A model generated the notes under the pieces. The model saw nothing but the letters and a program-made list of their open reading frames with translations. It did not search any database and was not told the DNA's origin. From Balanoglossus misakiensis (taxonomy: Eukaryota; Animalia; Hemichordata): DNA of 64,000 nt. The DNA is taken from assembly GCA_040954595.2 (NCBI GenBank), contig CM082579.2, positions 16,282,550 to 16,346,549 of the forward strand. Direction: 5' to 3'. A program made the translations under genes and the position numbers. How positions within the stretch are numbered: position 1 is the stretch's first letter; every line of letters starts with the position of its first letter. Positions 11,860 through 24,900 of the stretch are shown one piece after another.

Positions 11860-12205
11860 TAATGCACTGCTGACAGTGGTAAAACGGGCTTTCTGTTTGC
11901 CACATTGGTTAGTTCTTTAGGTTGTTGTATGTGTTTACACTCATCATGTTTATTGTAGAACCAGGGTCGATCAGTGAGGCAACTGCTGTTTGTTATATCT
12001 GCACTATTACTTGAGGCCTCCTGCCATTTGATTGTTGTACAGTGAAGCAGTATTCATCTCCCGAGCTGTCTTCCACTTTATGCACAGCTTTGACAGTTTC
12101 ATCCTTGTCTACCCTATTTGCCTTGCCTTTTGATCGGTAGCATTTGGCAAAATAGTTAGGTTTGCCACACTTCCTGCATGACTTGCCTTTAGCTGGACAT
12201 ACTGA
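11860..12205 (-). mobile_element. Old Gypsy gag/protease remnant, deleted form (copy 1; split by the young element in copy 2)
   Basis: CPAKGKSCRKCGKPNYFAKC zinc-knuckle-like motif and a downstream IDPGSTIN protease-like motif; fuller version at 48186-49257. Confidence 0.75.
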
Positions 12206-12639
12206 TTTGCTTTGCATATTTAACTTAATGATCTCATTTGTTGGAATTCCCTGTCTCAAATTTTTGATGATCAGTCTCTGCCCCATTGCTCATCGTCCCA
12301 ACTTTCTGATGATATATGGATGATAGATGGGATCAAATCTTTGGTCGTGTATTTGCTACAAATGGTAGGTATTGGTTCGTGATTGAGTCTTTGCGTTGTA
12401 TATTTGGGGTCGCAGTGGTATGAGTTTGGATTTATGCCAATCTTTAAGTTAAGTGTTATTTGGGTTGCCGTTGAGCATTGATGGCTTGATAAGTGGGGCT
12501 AGGGTCAATTTTGATTGGGTTTGGATTGTTTGGGCTATGATAGGTTGGGTGATGGCTAGGATTTGTGGTGGGTATAAGGTGTGGTGTAAGAGATGGAGGC
12601 ATTATGGGGTCTGGTGAGGTTTTTGTGAAGGAGGCCATG

Positions 12640-14637
12640 GTGGCTGCAGAATTCAGGGCATGCTGTAGCGGTTGAATGCATGATGATGGTAAACCACAGA
12701 GTATTGCATTGCAGTAGTCCATTTTTGATGTGATTAGAGCATGAACCAGCATCTGGCAAACTTCCTTAGTGAGGTAACGGCGAATGTGGCTGATTTGACG
12801 CAGATGGAAGAAAATTGACTTGCAAATTGCATTAATGTGCTTATTGAAAGTGTAATTGTCGTCGAATGTCACACCTATATTCCGTGCAGAATTCACAATT
12901 TGAACACAACATGATCCAATGCTCATGTGGTTTATGGGACGAGGCGAGCGGTTGAACTGAGACCTTATCAGGAGTACCTCGGGTTTGCCACCATTTAGTT
13001 GAAGTTTATTATGTGTCATCCAGGTTTTTATTTCGTGAACTGCCCTTTCCATCTTGTCTAATGTACTTATGGTGTCTAACTGGAAGAAATATTGGTATAG
13101 TTGGTTGTCATCGGCATATTGGTGAAAATTGATGTTGTGGTGACAAATAGCTGCAGAACAAAAGTGGGCCAAGCACTGAACCGTGTGGTACTCCATATTG
13201 TAGATATTGAGGTTCTGACATTGTGCCATACAAACTGCTGTCTGTTCTTAAGATATGATGAGAACCATTGTAGTGCGATGTTGGTGATGCCCAGTTTTGA
13301 TAACCTTGAGATGATTGTGTCGTGATCTATGGTATCAAACACAGAGGAGAGATCGAGGAGAACCATGAGTACACATTTACCGGCATCCAGTGCCATACAA
13401 ATATTGTTGTTGACTTTAGTAAGTGCTGTTTCGGTACTGTGATCCTTTCGGTACGCTGACTGCAGTGGTTCTTGTAGTGAGTTGGTAGTCAAATATGATG
13501 TCAGTTGTTGTGCTACAATCTTCCCGATTACTTTTGACAGGAAGGTTAGGTTTGAAACTGGTCTATAGTTCTTGAAAATGTTTTTGTCGAGCGAAGGTTT
13601 CTTGAGTATATTGGTGTGATGACTGCTATTTTAAGTTATTCAGGAACAGTTCCAGTTTTGAGTGACAAATTGATAATTGTGGCTATGATAGTGAGCAGAT
13701 TACCAAGACATTGCTTATCAAGTGCTGTAGGGATGAGATCAAGTACACGTGTTTTAGATGGAGACTGACGGGTTGGTTATAAGCTGATATGGCTGAGGAG
13801 AGGTCATTTGGAGGCTAGGACATTTGATGTATTTTGTCGAGATCATGGCTGAAACTATCAATTGAAATGGCAGATATGACGATAAGATATTTGACGTCTA
13901 CTGTGTGTTGGTTTCGGAAGAGCAAGTTTTGCATTGACAGGATTGTGATCAGAGAGTTCCAAGCAGTCTACAGAGACACTCTTGATGTTAGACGCAGAGT
14001 TAGATAAGATGAGATCAAGAGTATGACCCTTTCTGTGTGTTGGTTGTTGGACCCATTGTTTCAGATTACAGGCGCTGATGATTCCATTAAATTTCTGTGT
14101 TACTGGATTCTTATCATCTTCTAGGTGAATATTGAAATCTCCTACGATGAAGAGATTACTTGAGCAGGTGACATACTTCTCAAGTGTTGTACTGAACTCT
14201 TCCATGAACTGTGGTGCGGTGAATTTATTATTAACTGATGGTGGTGGACGGTAGGCAAGAATTATTTTCATGGAAAGTTTCTGGTGAAAAATAGTTGCTT
14301 CCGCTGCCTCAAAAGATTTAACAGAGAGAATAGGCTTCCAAGCTGTTTATTTTAGTGCTAGCTTATGAATTTAAGCTAAGCCTCCACCGATCTTGCCAAC
14401 CCCAGGTAGATGTTTGACAGCATAGCCTGGTGGTGTACATTCAGCCATTACGTGTTCGTCACCAGATTCCTTCAACCATGTTTCAGTGAGTACAAGAATA
14501 TCAATTTCTTTATCTGTGATGTAGTCTGCAATGTCTAATGATTTGCATCTAGCTGAGCGGACATTCCATGTAGAGAGTAGAAGTTCACACGTATTGTGGA
14601 AAGGGTGGATCTTGAATACTGCATAGTCACTCTTCAA
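12640..14637 (-). mobile_element. Decayed L2/CR1-group LINE ORF2 (APE endonuclease + RT), copy 1
   Basis: WNVRS, LTETWL, YRPP, GDFN, HTLDL, SDH endonuclease motifs; QSAYR-HSTETAL, LLDLS-FDT, YADD RT motifs; C-terminal [14 protein letters not shown]. Split over several frames. Confidence 0.92.
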
Positions 14638-15112
14638 TAGATATTTAGTGACTCGCTAACTGTTGCGATTCGTGTGTGTGTAATTTACGTACTTCAAGTT
14701 AAATATCGCAACTAGCCGTAATGTTTGACTAGGGGGAGCACCTATACTAATGCGAGTACCAGGGATTGAAAGTTGCACCTGTATTTTGATCCCTTAGTTA
14801 CCCTTATAAGTACATTTGTAGTTTAATAACCATAGTTCTATTGCAAACCATTCTTTCCGTAGTTTCTTGTTTCAAATATTGTAATCTGAATTTATTTTGA
14901 TGTTTAACAGGTGTGATTATCTGTATTTGCGGCCATTTTGAAAAAAAATTGGTTGCCATGGAAACTCTTCAACAGATATTTAGTGACTCGCTATCTGAAT
15001 TTGTTCAGTACACATTAACACACATCTGAGCCAAGTTTGGTGCTTTTATCACAAAATACACAATCGATATGAAAATTTGGGTTTTGGTGCTCCACTACCT
15101 AAGTAACATTAA

Positions 15113-15529
15113 GGATGTACGTTCAATAAAATGGAAAGTATTGTCATTTTTTTTAATTGTGGATTTTTTTATTCTCTTTTGTATGTATAATGAAAATCCG
15201 TAATAAAATATAGGGGTCACCGCGCTTGTTTTTGAAATACAGAGCCATGAAATTGGTCGATAATAGAAGAAATCTGCTGACTCAGCATTTTTCACCAATG
15301 GTTTGTTTGTCTATGGCCAAAATTCTTAATGCAATTTATCTCAAAAAAGAGCGTGGTGACCCCTATATTTTATTTGACCAATGAATTTATATTTGCTGGA
15401 CTGAGCTATGTGTAAAATTTCGTGAAAATGACAATAGTAGAAGTTTGTTTTCTGGCGATTATCAATGTAATCCTATGGGAAAAAGACCGGACACGCAGTG
15501 TTTCCGGTTTATGTTCTGCACGTACATCC
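15113..15529. mobile_element. GGATGTACG-TIR MITE in the array unit; also 36547-36963 and 52269-52685
   Basis: ttaa|ggatgtacg ... cgtacatcc|ttga; reverse-complement homologue of 3914-4326. Confidence 0.8.
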
Positions 15530-15877
15530 TTGATGAAGTTTGCTGGCTAGAGGGCTCCTAAACCTCCTTAATATTTGACGTCTTCACTCCTACAGGACTG
15601 CGCAGCTGGAAGTTAAAGTTCAGCATGTTCTGAAGCATGCACGCTGTGTCCAGGGGTTTCATGTGTGGAACAGCCAGCCTCTCATCACCAAAACAATGCG
15701 GACTGGGATATTTTGCCAACAATGGAAGTATAGACTGTACGCCTTGTCCTGCCCCGGGTATAAGTGCCAATATGATGGTATGTCGGAGCCAGAGGTGTGT
15801 GAAGATGGATACTACACTAATATAGATGGTGAGTCAGCACTTAAAGTTTGGGCATTACTGTGTAATCTTTCACTTAA

Positions 15878-16383
15878 AGGCACGTAAGCTGTAACTTTTG
15901 GGATAATTTTCATAATATTTGTTTAAAACTGCACTACCATTAGTCCATGCAGATGAAGGCAGTGAACTATACACAAGCATTATAAACCCTAAATATGAGT
16001 GCATATGCAAGTTTTAACCAGATAAATAATAAAGCTTTGCCGCAAGCGATTATGGCCGCCACCCTGGGAAAATGCAAGAAACAATGAAAATGTTGCATTT
16101 CCGGTTGTGAAACTTCTTAAACAAAACATGATCTCATCCACTTGAGCTCATGGAAGTAAATGTACACCACTGAGACATCAGATTTCCATTTTTCATTGCA
16201 ATATTGCACTTTTTTTTAAATTGCAGGAATTTTCGTTTTTTCTTTAATTTTTGGCCATTGTGTCATAAATAAGTGTTGAGCTTGATATATTATCATGAAA
16301 TATCATTTAATAGACATAATTAAAAGCATATATGAGATTATTTAAAACTTTAATTTTTTTATCCAGTTGCAGCTTACGTGCCT
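15878..16383. mobile_element. MITE with perfect TTAA TSD (Kolobok-like); also 37312-37817 and 53034-53539
   Basis: TIRs aggcacgtaagctgtaac / gttgcagcttacgtgcct; TTAA at 15874-15877 and 16384-16387. Confidence 0.85.
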
Positions 16384-17367
16384 TTAAGGCGGACGATCAT
16401 CTTATGTGCATGTACGTAATTCTGTGCGTACAAACATTACGTCCAGTCCAAATATTCTGCCAATTTTACATCCAATGCATTCAAATAGTGGACTGCTTCG
16501 CTTTCATCCAGTTTTCATGTGCATCGTATAAGTAGACTTTTGTTTTGTCCCGTCTTTTCACCAAATTTGCTCTTTTCCAAATCTCCGACACAGACTATGA
16601 TCGTCACGATCTTGTCTGTTGTTAGAACAGCACACTGCCGTATGGCATTGACTGTACACAGTTTCTGTTACCAATATCTCTGGATTGGCATTTTCCTGTC
16701 CTCAATCTTTTGCCAGGGATTTTTGTCTCCCCAACCCGCGTGAGAATCCCACGTCTTTGAAGGTATGACTGTGACTATAAGATTCTATAAATCTCTGTTT
16801 ATTTTCAGCACAAACATCATGTGCTGATTGCCCAGCTGGTAACCAATGTCCAAATGGTAACACTGTGATTTTATGCTCGGCTGGTTATTACAGTTCGGCC
16901 TTGGACAAAGGATGTCTCGCTGTACCTCTTGCATAACAGGTAAACTTCTACCCACCCACCTTTATTTCCAACATCAAACATTAGGTCAGGTAATTTACTA
17001 ACTGAAAAATAGGATGGGATCATTTTCTATTTCTGTATTTAAAATTTACTGATATAATATATGAATGAAAAAATGACAATTTTTCCAAATTTGAATAGAC
17101 CTCTATTTATGAAAATAATTAAAATTTGCACCAAATTTTTACAGTGGTATTCAAAGGTTAACTTGGTGTGTAAATTCTCTGTTTGATTTACAGATCAGCT
17201 GGTGCTGAACATTGTACTATTTGTGAGCAAGGGTACGCCTGCATAGATCCCAGTGCATCGCAATTCAAGTGTACCAAGGGTTACGTGTCATTGGCTGGTG
17301 CAACAAACTGTACCAGATGTACAAATGGTAAGATTGTTGTACTTGTTCAGTTTGCTGTGTGATGAAA

Positions 17368-17489
17368 CTGAGGGGTATGTGTGTATGCATGTATGTGTTT
17401 ACAACAGATTTTCAAGTCAGTGCGACTGGGGGTATGTGTGTGTGTGTATGTATGTATGTGTTTACAACAGATTATCAACTCAGTGCGAG
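17368..17489 (+). repeat. Local ~60-bp tandem duplication with (GT)/(GTAT) microsatellite
   Basis: ctg.ggggtatgtgtgt...tgtttacaacagatt.tcaa.tcagtgcga occurs twice head to tail; present in copies 1-3. Confidence 0.75.
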
Positions 17490-18976
17490 ATCTTGCGAGA
17501 CCCGGTTAGCCATGTGAGATCTCGCAGAGTCTTATGATATTCAGAACATGGTTGATTAGAAATGACGTTTAATGTCCTCCAAAGAATTTTCTACATGCCT
17601 GTATACTTGTCTCAGAATTATGAAGTGAATCATCTCAAGTAATTTGTTATTTTAAATGACACTGTATCACAAATACATCACTAAAAACCTCATTTTCTTT
17701 AATCAGATGAAATAAGTGAGGAGCCTGCACGCACATCCTGTCTTCTGTGCCCTGCTGGACAATCGTGTTCAGATCCAATGTAAGATCCGCTCGACTGTGG
17801 CAATGGTGAATATGCTATGGAAGGCGACGGCACATGCACGCCTTGTCCAGCGGGATCCAAGTGTCCAACCATGTCACCCGTAGTGGATTGTTCAACAGTT
17901 ACTGGTAAGTTAGGCTGCAAATCACTCTTGTGACTTCCCTGTGTTATAGCATGGCATACACAGAAAATTAAACTGTTATGCTTATTGGAGTTGATATTGT
18001 AATGCACTTTGAAAAACACAATGATTCCACTGAAGAGGTATTGTACAGTAAAACCTGTGATTACGGACATCTCTCTAATAAGGGATCGTTGGACCAAACC
18101 ATGGTGGTAAAAATCGTTCTTTGAATTTTTTCTGTGATAGGTTCATACTCGCTAGGTTCGGCCACGTCCTTCTGGTTATGAATGCACAACTACAAGTGTC
18201 ACACAGTGCGCTACAGGGCAGTAAAGTGCTGAAGGAGGTAAGTCTTGAAATCCCTTTTCTTCTTGTCTCGATTTGAACATGGTTCCACAAGTTGTTTACA
18301 TCACTTGTAGTTTTACATATTTTTTGAGTTCAACAGCTAGCTATACATGGTGTCCTGAGAAGTCAACCAGTATGAGAAGTCGGTCTGTGGGAGAGAACCC
18401 TGGTACTTTGTGTTATATATAACTGTTTCACTACGAAATGTTTCCTTGATGTACAGGAGCTGAGATATTTGTACAAATAGCCGATGAATTTTAAAACTGT
18501 CTGTTCACTTTTCATGTACGTCACCGGGGTACGTCAACATCAGTCACCTGCACTTCTTGAGCTTCAAAATCACTTTCGTGGCGCATAATGTCTTGATTGT
18601 CTTGGTTCAAGAAACATTATGCGCGACTGGCCAATTTTACTGCCTTTTGTCAACACACATCCACTATGGAAATTCTCACTCCAGGCCAGATAGTGTAAAT
18701 TTACATATGAGTCTACAGGTGTGCTTGAAGTCAAGTCAAGCATTTGCAAGGAACCCTCCTCCAGTACACAGGTCTTTGATTTCATGAAGGGAAGCCCTTG
18801 CCTCACAGTCACTGCCATGTGATCTATGGAGGTGTGAACAACTTGATACCAGCCTAATATAAGTTGTAGGCACAATCACTCCACACACCCTTGCCATAAT
18901 TCTGCAAGGTTTTTGCCATATCTGTACTGTAGAATGAGTAGCAAGGAATAAAATGGCGTCCTTTCTTAATTTCCAG

Positions 18977-21900
18977 TGCAAAACCCCTGTGATCCCAACC
19001 CATGTATGAATGGTGGATTTTGCCAGCAAACATCGTGCAATTTCTATTCATGCCAGTGTGTGAACTCTTACACAGGTGACATCTGTCAAACCATAGACCC
19101 TAGAGAAAGAAGGGCGAGCAACTGCGGCAAAGATCAAAGGGTTTGGGGATTATCTGTATGATGATGTTTTTTTGTATATAATTAACACCCAGGACAGTCG
19201 GACAATGACTTCCTTACTTCGGCACGTGTCGACCCCACCAGTGATACGAAAACTTGCCACCAAACTGGCACTACTGCATTTCAGCAGCCACTGCGTTTTT
19301 TTCTAAAATTCTAAAAGTATTACGATGTCTGTGCTAATTATTATGGTTTGGTGTTCGTCTGTCGGTTGAACGGTCATTTCTAGTGCCACAAGCTTCATTT
19401 AAAAATTGTAAACAAATCATCCATGTTTTTTGCATGTCCGACTGGGCACTCATATTTCTTAGTAACGCTGACACTTTTCGTAATAATTTTATGTTTGCGT
19501 GAAGCATTGAAATAAAAATTGTGGTTTAGGGGCATTTTATTTCGCAGTGCGTGAACAATAAAACAGATTTCACGAAAACAATTTGTAAACAAACTGGGTG
19601 GATTATCATGTGTGCACTATGGCCGCCAGGCAACCCTCGGTACGGTTAGCTCACAGCCTTGTGAAATACCCGGACTGTTAGACAAAAGATGCTTGTTTTG
19701 GACGCTGTCAGACTCAGATTCAAATTCCTGTTTAACTTGTCCAGATGTGTTCCATAAATAATCGCTGCGTTCAACCACGTTGCAGTTTTCTCGTCTTCTG
19801 CGAGATGTTCTGAGGTGTTGTGATAACTTCACACAAAACATGAGACTTTGCGTTAGTTTATACACAGTTTATTTGCAAATTGGATTATTGGGATTTATCT
19901 GGAAATAATGTATGCAAAAGAACATCATTTCAAGAAAAAAATGGAGTTGCGCGTCCTTCTTTCTCTAGGGTCCATGGTCAAACAAGTGAGTATATACTTT
20001 CAAGACACCCTGCAAACAAACAAGCCATCTTCATTCCGTAGATCTTTTAAGCTTATTTATACATTGTAAATTTTGATGTGAAACTTTATTGGTCTTGTTG
20101 CCAAACTTCTGAAGAAATGAGGATATTGTTTTGAAGGGTATTTTATCAGTAGGTAACAAATACCATGGCCCTCCATGCAAATACCCACATGGTAAATTAA
20201 AACTGTTACAGATGTATTTGATTTCCACATATTGATTACATGTGGGATAATATTGGGTGCTGGCAGTTTCAGTAAATGAACTGCTCTTAAAAGTTGGGCG
20301 TCAGGGCACCCTTGATTTTGCCTGTTCCAAGCTAGAATAGTCTGTCCATATGAATATTTGTTCAGCAAGTTACAAGCAATCTTTTAAGTTTGGAATGAAA
20401 AAATAGTGAAATGACTTGTGATGTTAATATGCAATTGTTGGTTGATTTACATGCAACCCCCAGGACTCGATCAATGTTCTCCCAATCCGTGCATGAACAA
20501 CGGTATCTGTGAGCCAATCAGTGGATCGTGCAGTGCGTTTACCTGTCGCTGTCAAGGCTGTATCATTGGAATCACCTGTGACCAAGGTAAATTTATCAGA
20601 CGAGGAACTGTTTTTTCCCCCTCATACCGGTATATTTGTCATAGCTGGCAGCTATGAAATTACCTGTATATTTAGGATGTGACAAACCAAATAGGCACTT
20701 TCAGGAATTGAGTCTTTTTTGCAATTACTAAGTCCTAAACTCCCAAAAGTATAATAAGTAATTCTTATTGTTCAGTTATACATTAAGGAGGCTTAGTTAT
20801 AGGAGAACCCGATAGAACCACAGCTGTAGGAATTAAGGAAATGGTCATACCCTAAAAACTTATGTCACTACTATTTATTTATTTTCATTCCATTGAAACA
20901 GAACAAACTCCATGTAGGCCAAGTCCATGCCTGAACAATGGGCAGTGTACTCGGCTGTCGTGTACAACTTATGAGTGTACTTGTCCAGGATGTTTCACCG
21001 GCACACACTGCAGCCAGTGTAAAACTCATTAAAACAAACATTTTGTCATGCAGGAACTAACATTTACAATCATGTCTCAATACATTGTCTGTTGGTCATA
21101 CTTTATATTTTCATCTTCAGCATCACACCTTGGGCCTTGGGAATCGTTCACCTCAAAAATGATGTACAACTGAAAGAAAACATGTTTATTTGAAGAAAAA
21201 AATGTTGATCGTTCATGAAAATTTTCCCTACACAAGATACATATACAGAGATTTTCATAGCCCCACAAGTGCGTCCCAGAATGAGCAAGTTGTTTTTGGA
21301 AGTGAAGTTCCGTTCAGTATTTACAGTAATGGTAATAATGATGTTTTTATCAAACAGATTTTGAAAGTAAATATTGCTGAGATAACATTAGGTTGCACTT
21401 TTTATTGCAGTCCAAGATCCATACCAGCGAAACAGCTGTCTCAACGGGGCTGTATGTAATGCAGTGGCCAACTCCTGCACGGCATATACCTGTGCCTGTA
21501 CTGGTTGCTATGAGGGTAACCGTTGTGAAATATGTAAGTTTCTGACGTACCGTAAATGACAATCTTTTGGGCACTTTCTCTTCATGGCAATTGAATTGTG
21601 TGGTAACTTCTCATTTCTAAAATTTCCACAAGAGAAAAGAAAACAGAAATTTCATTTGTATGTCCGTGCAATTTAGGATAGGCACGAACTTGTGAGGAAG
21701 TGTACGAAGCTGGATGTTTTCATCACTCAAATATACAAGAGTTGCCTCTTGAAGACTAGTGTCTGTAGAGATAATTGTGCATATGAGGTAATCTCTCCTA
21801 AGGTGGTGCACACATCTGAGTATTAAGTAAAAGAGACATCCTTAATTATCCTTACTATTTGGCTTGAAAAATCAATCTTACTAGGTGTTCTGATTAGAGA

Positions 21901-24900
21901 GGTGTCCATAAAGACAGGTTTTACTGTATTACCCAAAATAGAGACATTGTCCCTTCATCATATACTTAATGCGTGTTCTGGTTATGGTTCCAGTATAATG
22001 CTTGTGTCAAAGGATTTTGTTGTGGTGCAGGAATCATCTTTGGTTGAGGTGTAGCCATCTGCATTTCATGTTTTTTAAACTATTTTTTTTCTGATAGTCA
22101 TTAACCCATGTGATCAGAATCCGTGTCAAAATGGAGGCTATTGTTCCCAAACACCAAATTCTTATACTGACTACACCTGTTACTGCCAGTAGTGTTGGAC
22201 TGGGGCCATCTGTGCCGTAGGTGTGTCGAATTACTGTTTTATGACACAGCGTGGTATATAAACCCTCATTTTTGGTATTCTCAATGTGATAGATGGACCC
22301 ATACACCAATAAATGGGGTGGAAGCATTACTAAGTTTCATCCTTTCAAAATTTGCTGATGTAGGGTCAAAATTGAGTGTGATGTGCACGTTAAAAAGGAA
22401 AGCCTTCTGTATCATGTTGATGGCACATTTTTTAATTTTTCAAGATTCTTACAGAAAAATCCTAGCAATAGCATCATTATGTTATTTTAAATGTACAGGT
22501 TTGAAACAAGGAATGAAGACATTGCTCACATATTTAAACGAAATGAACATCACAAGTACATGTACAAGTTTTTGACAAGCAGGTAATTGATACTTTCATT
22601 TTTGTTTTGGCAGCCATTGATCAGTTATACTCTATGCCTTGTCAAAATGGTGCACATGCGTTGCACGAGACGGCTGTTTCCTGTTTGACTGTATGTGTAC
22701 CGAATGCTTCACTGGTGCCACATGTACAATGCGTAAGTACAAACCAATATTATTTTATTCAATGCAAAACACTTGTTATGTATTATATAATATAAGTACG
22801 GTACACATATTAAAGCCCTGGTAACTCAAACTTTGGGCTAGCTTAATGTTATCACTATTTTTGTTTTCGGTTGCAACTGTGGTTTCTTGTCACACTCTAA
22901 AGGATTTCACAGCATTTGGTTTTTCAAAACAGCCCTTTGGTTGTTGTCATGTATACATGTACATGACTGTGGAGTGTAGTTTGTAGATTCTGTAATTTTG
23001 ACAATATCTTGACTGCACATCCCACAGCTGTCAACCAGTGTCAACCCATCCAGTGTCAGAATGGTGGAAACTGTGTGCTGACGCCCAATTGGTGTACTGA
23101 ATTCACATGCTCCTGTACAAGCTGTTACTCCGGCGATTTATGTCAGACATGTGAGTGATTTTAAATTTCAGATGAAGAGGAACATAATAACATAACACAT
23201 AATCGGCTTGCAGTTGGTTTCTTCCAACCTGTATCAAAGAGTGAATAACGACACAATTTTGGGGAAATTTATTAAGAATGTGTGTGCCATAAAAGGGGAT
23301 TGTGTATTTGACCAAACAACAACCTGCACCGTATGGTACACTAAGACACTATTACACCTGTGTCAAAATTTCATTACGTTTCTTTTGTTGAACATGGAAG
23401 AAATTTGTCACAGTGATGTTCTGTTGACCAACTGAGATTTTTACCACTCAACCCTGACTGCACAAATCTGTTTAAAGTATATGTAGTAAATATTAACTGT
23501 ACACAATTTATATCACTTTCTCTTCTGTGCACAGATTTGAATCCGTGTCAGCCCAACCCTTGTCTAAACAGTGGATTCTGCCAGCAAGTGTCCTGCACCG
23601 AGTTCAGATGCCAGAGTTCGCGCTGTTTCATCGGAACCACGTGCGCTGAACGTAAGCAAACCAGTGTCAGATTTGCCGCACAAAGTAGAAATCGCTGGGC
23701 TTTGTCATTGATATTGTCTCAATAAAGTTGCCTGTGATTGTGCAGCTAACCAAGAGACTTATATGCACTACCGTAGCCATGATGTATACTTTCATTGACT
23801 CAAATGCTCATCAGAGTAGATGTTGCTATTTTTCCAACCGTAAATTGAAACATCAGAAAGTTATGACATCAACTACCCCCACCCCCACCCCACCCCACCC
23901 CCAACTAGTAAATATTATAAGATGCTGTAATTATGATAAAGATGGTAGCACCAAGCTTGGATCAAGTGGTCTTCATTATCCTTCACACATGAACATGATC
24001 ACACGGATGTGCAATCTTCTGACAGTCTGCTACAGATTTCACTTCCCACTCAAGTGTGTAAGACCCTAATGTGATACTTTTCATTTCTCTCACCCTTAGC
24101 GATCAACCAGTGTCTTCTAAACCCATGTCTGAATAACGGAGTGTATCAGCCACTTCAAGGCTCCTGCTCAATCTACACCTGCAACTGTCCAACCTGCTAC
24201 ACTGGGCAAACATGTGTTACATGTAAGTCACAAGTTTTTAGGTCCCATTGGTATGTACCATGGGACCTTATGGGATTGGTTACGTCTGTATGTATGGATG
24301 GATGGATGGATGGATGTATGTCTGTATGTCCGTCCACATCGAAAACTTGAAAACCGCAGCGCGTATGACCTCGATATTTGGCGTGTAGATGCAGGCAGGG
24401 CTGTAGATGGGAGTTTGTTCAAATGAAGATGTCATTGCCAAAAATATGCAAATTAGCTGGGAAAATGTGAAATTGGTCAAAACTCAAAAACTGGACAACC
24501 ACTGGTCATATTGATTTGAAAATTGGTATGCATGTACCTTATATCAACCTCATACAATCCTGTATGTTTTGAGCTAATATTATCGATTTCCTATTTTTTT
24601 TGCATTTTTTTGTATTTTTCCATGTTATTGGTAAAAAGTCTTTGAAATTTAGTATGAAGCCTCCTAATGTTGTCTAAGTAACCATAGTTTTGTTCAAATT
24701 GTTGCAAAATTTGCATATCTATAATTTTGAGCAATATTTGCCATTTTTGGTCAAAAAATGTTTTTCTTTAAAACCTCATGCCAGATTGCTTTCCAATTTG
24801 GTAGGCATGTTCGTAGGGGTAACCTAAATAATATGTTGTAAAAAAAAAGATATTTGCATAAATGTGTTATCGGGGAAACTTTTGCAATTTTTGTCAAAAA

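Larger units (their letters stand above)
15596..18237 (+). pseudogene. Cys-rich CPAGxxC repeat exons (ephrin-receptor-like/GCC2-GCC3 type): 15596-15828, 16809-16939, 17194-17327, 17707-17904, 18141-18237
   Basis: AG/GT-bounded exons translating e.g. SAGAEHCTICEQGYACIDPSASQFKCTKGYVSLAGATNCTRCTN and CLLCPAGQSCSDPM*DPLDCGNGEYAMEGDGTCTPCPAGSKCP; stops or frameshifts in most exons. Confidence 0.82.
6587..21467 (+). repeat. Tandem segmental duplication, copy 1 (14881 bp)
   Basis: ORF track and sequence recur at +14880/14881. Homology starts abruptly at ccaactcctgcac (6587 vs 21468). Confidence 0.97.

Noticed and set aside
18700-18850. Possible additional degenerate exon after ctacag
   Set aside because: No frame yields the EGF or CPAG cysteine pattern.
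19343-19400. MVWCSSVG* as the start of a THAP domain in the P-like element
   Set aside because: Too short, interrupted by a stop, and no downstream THAP residues recognised.
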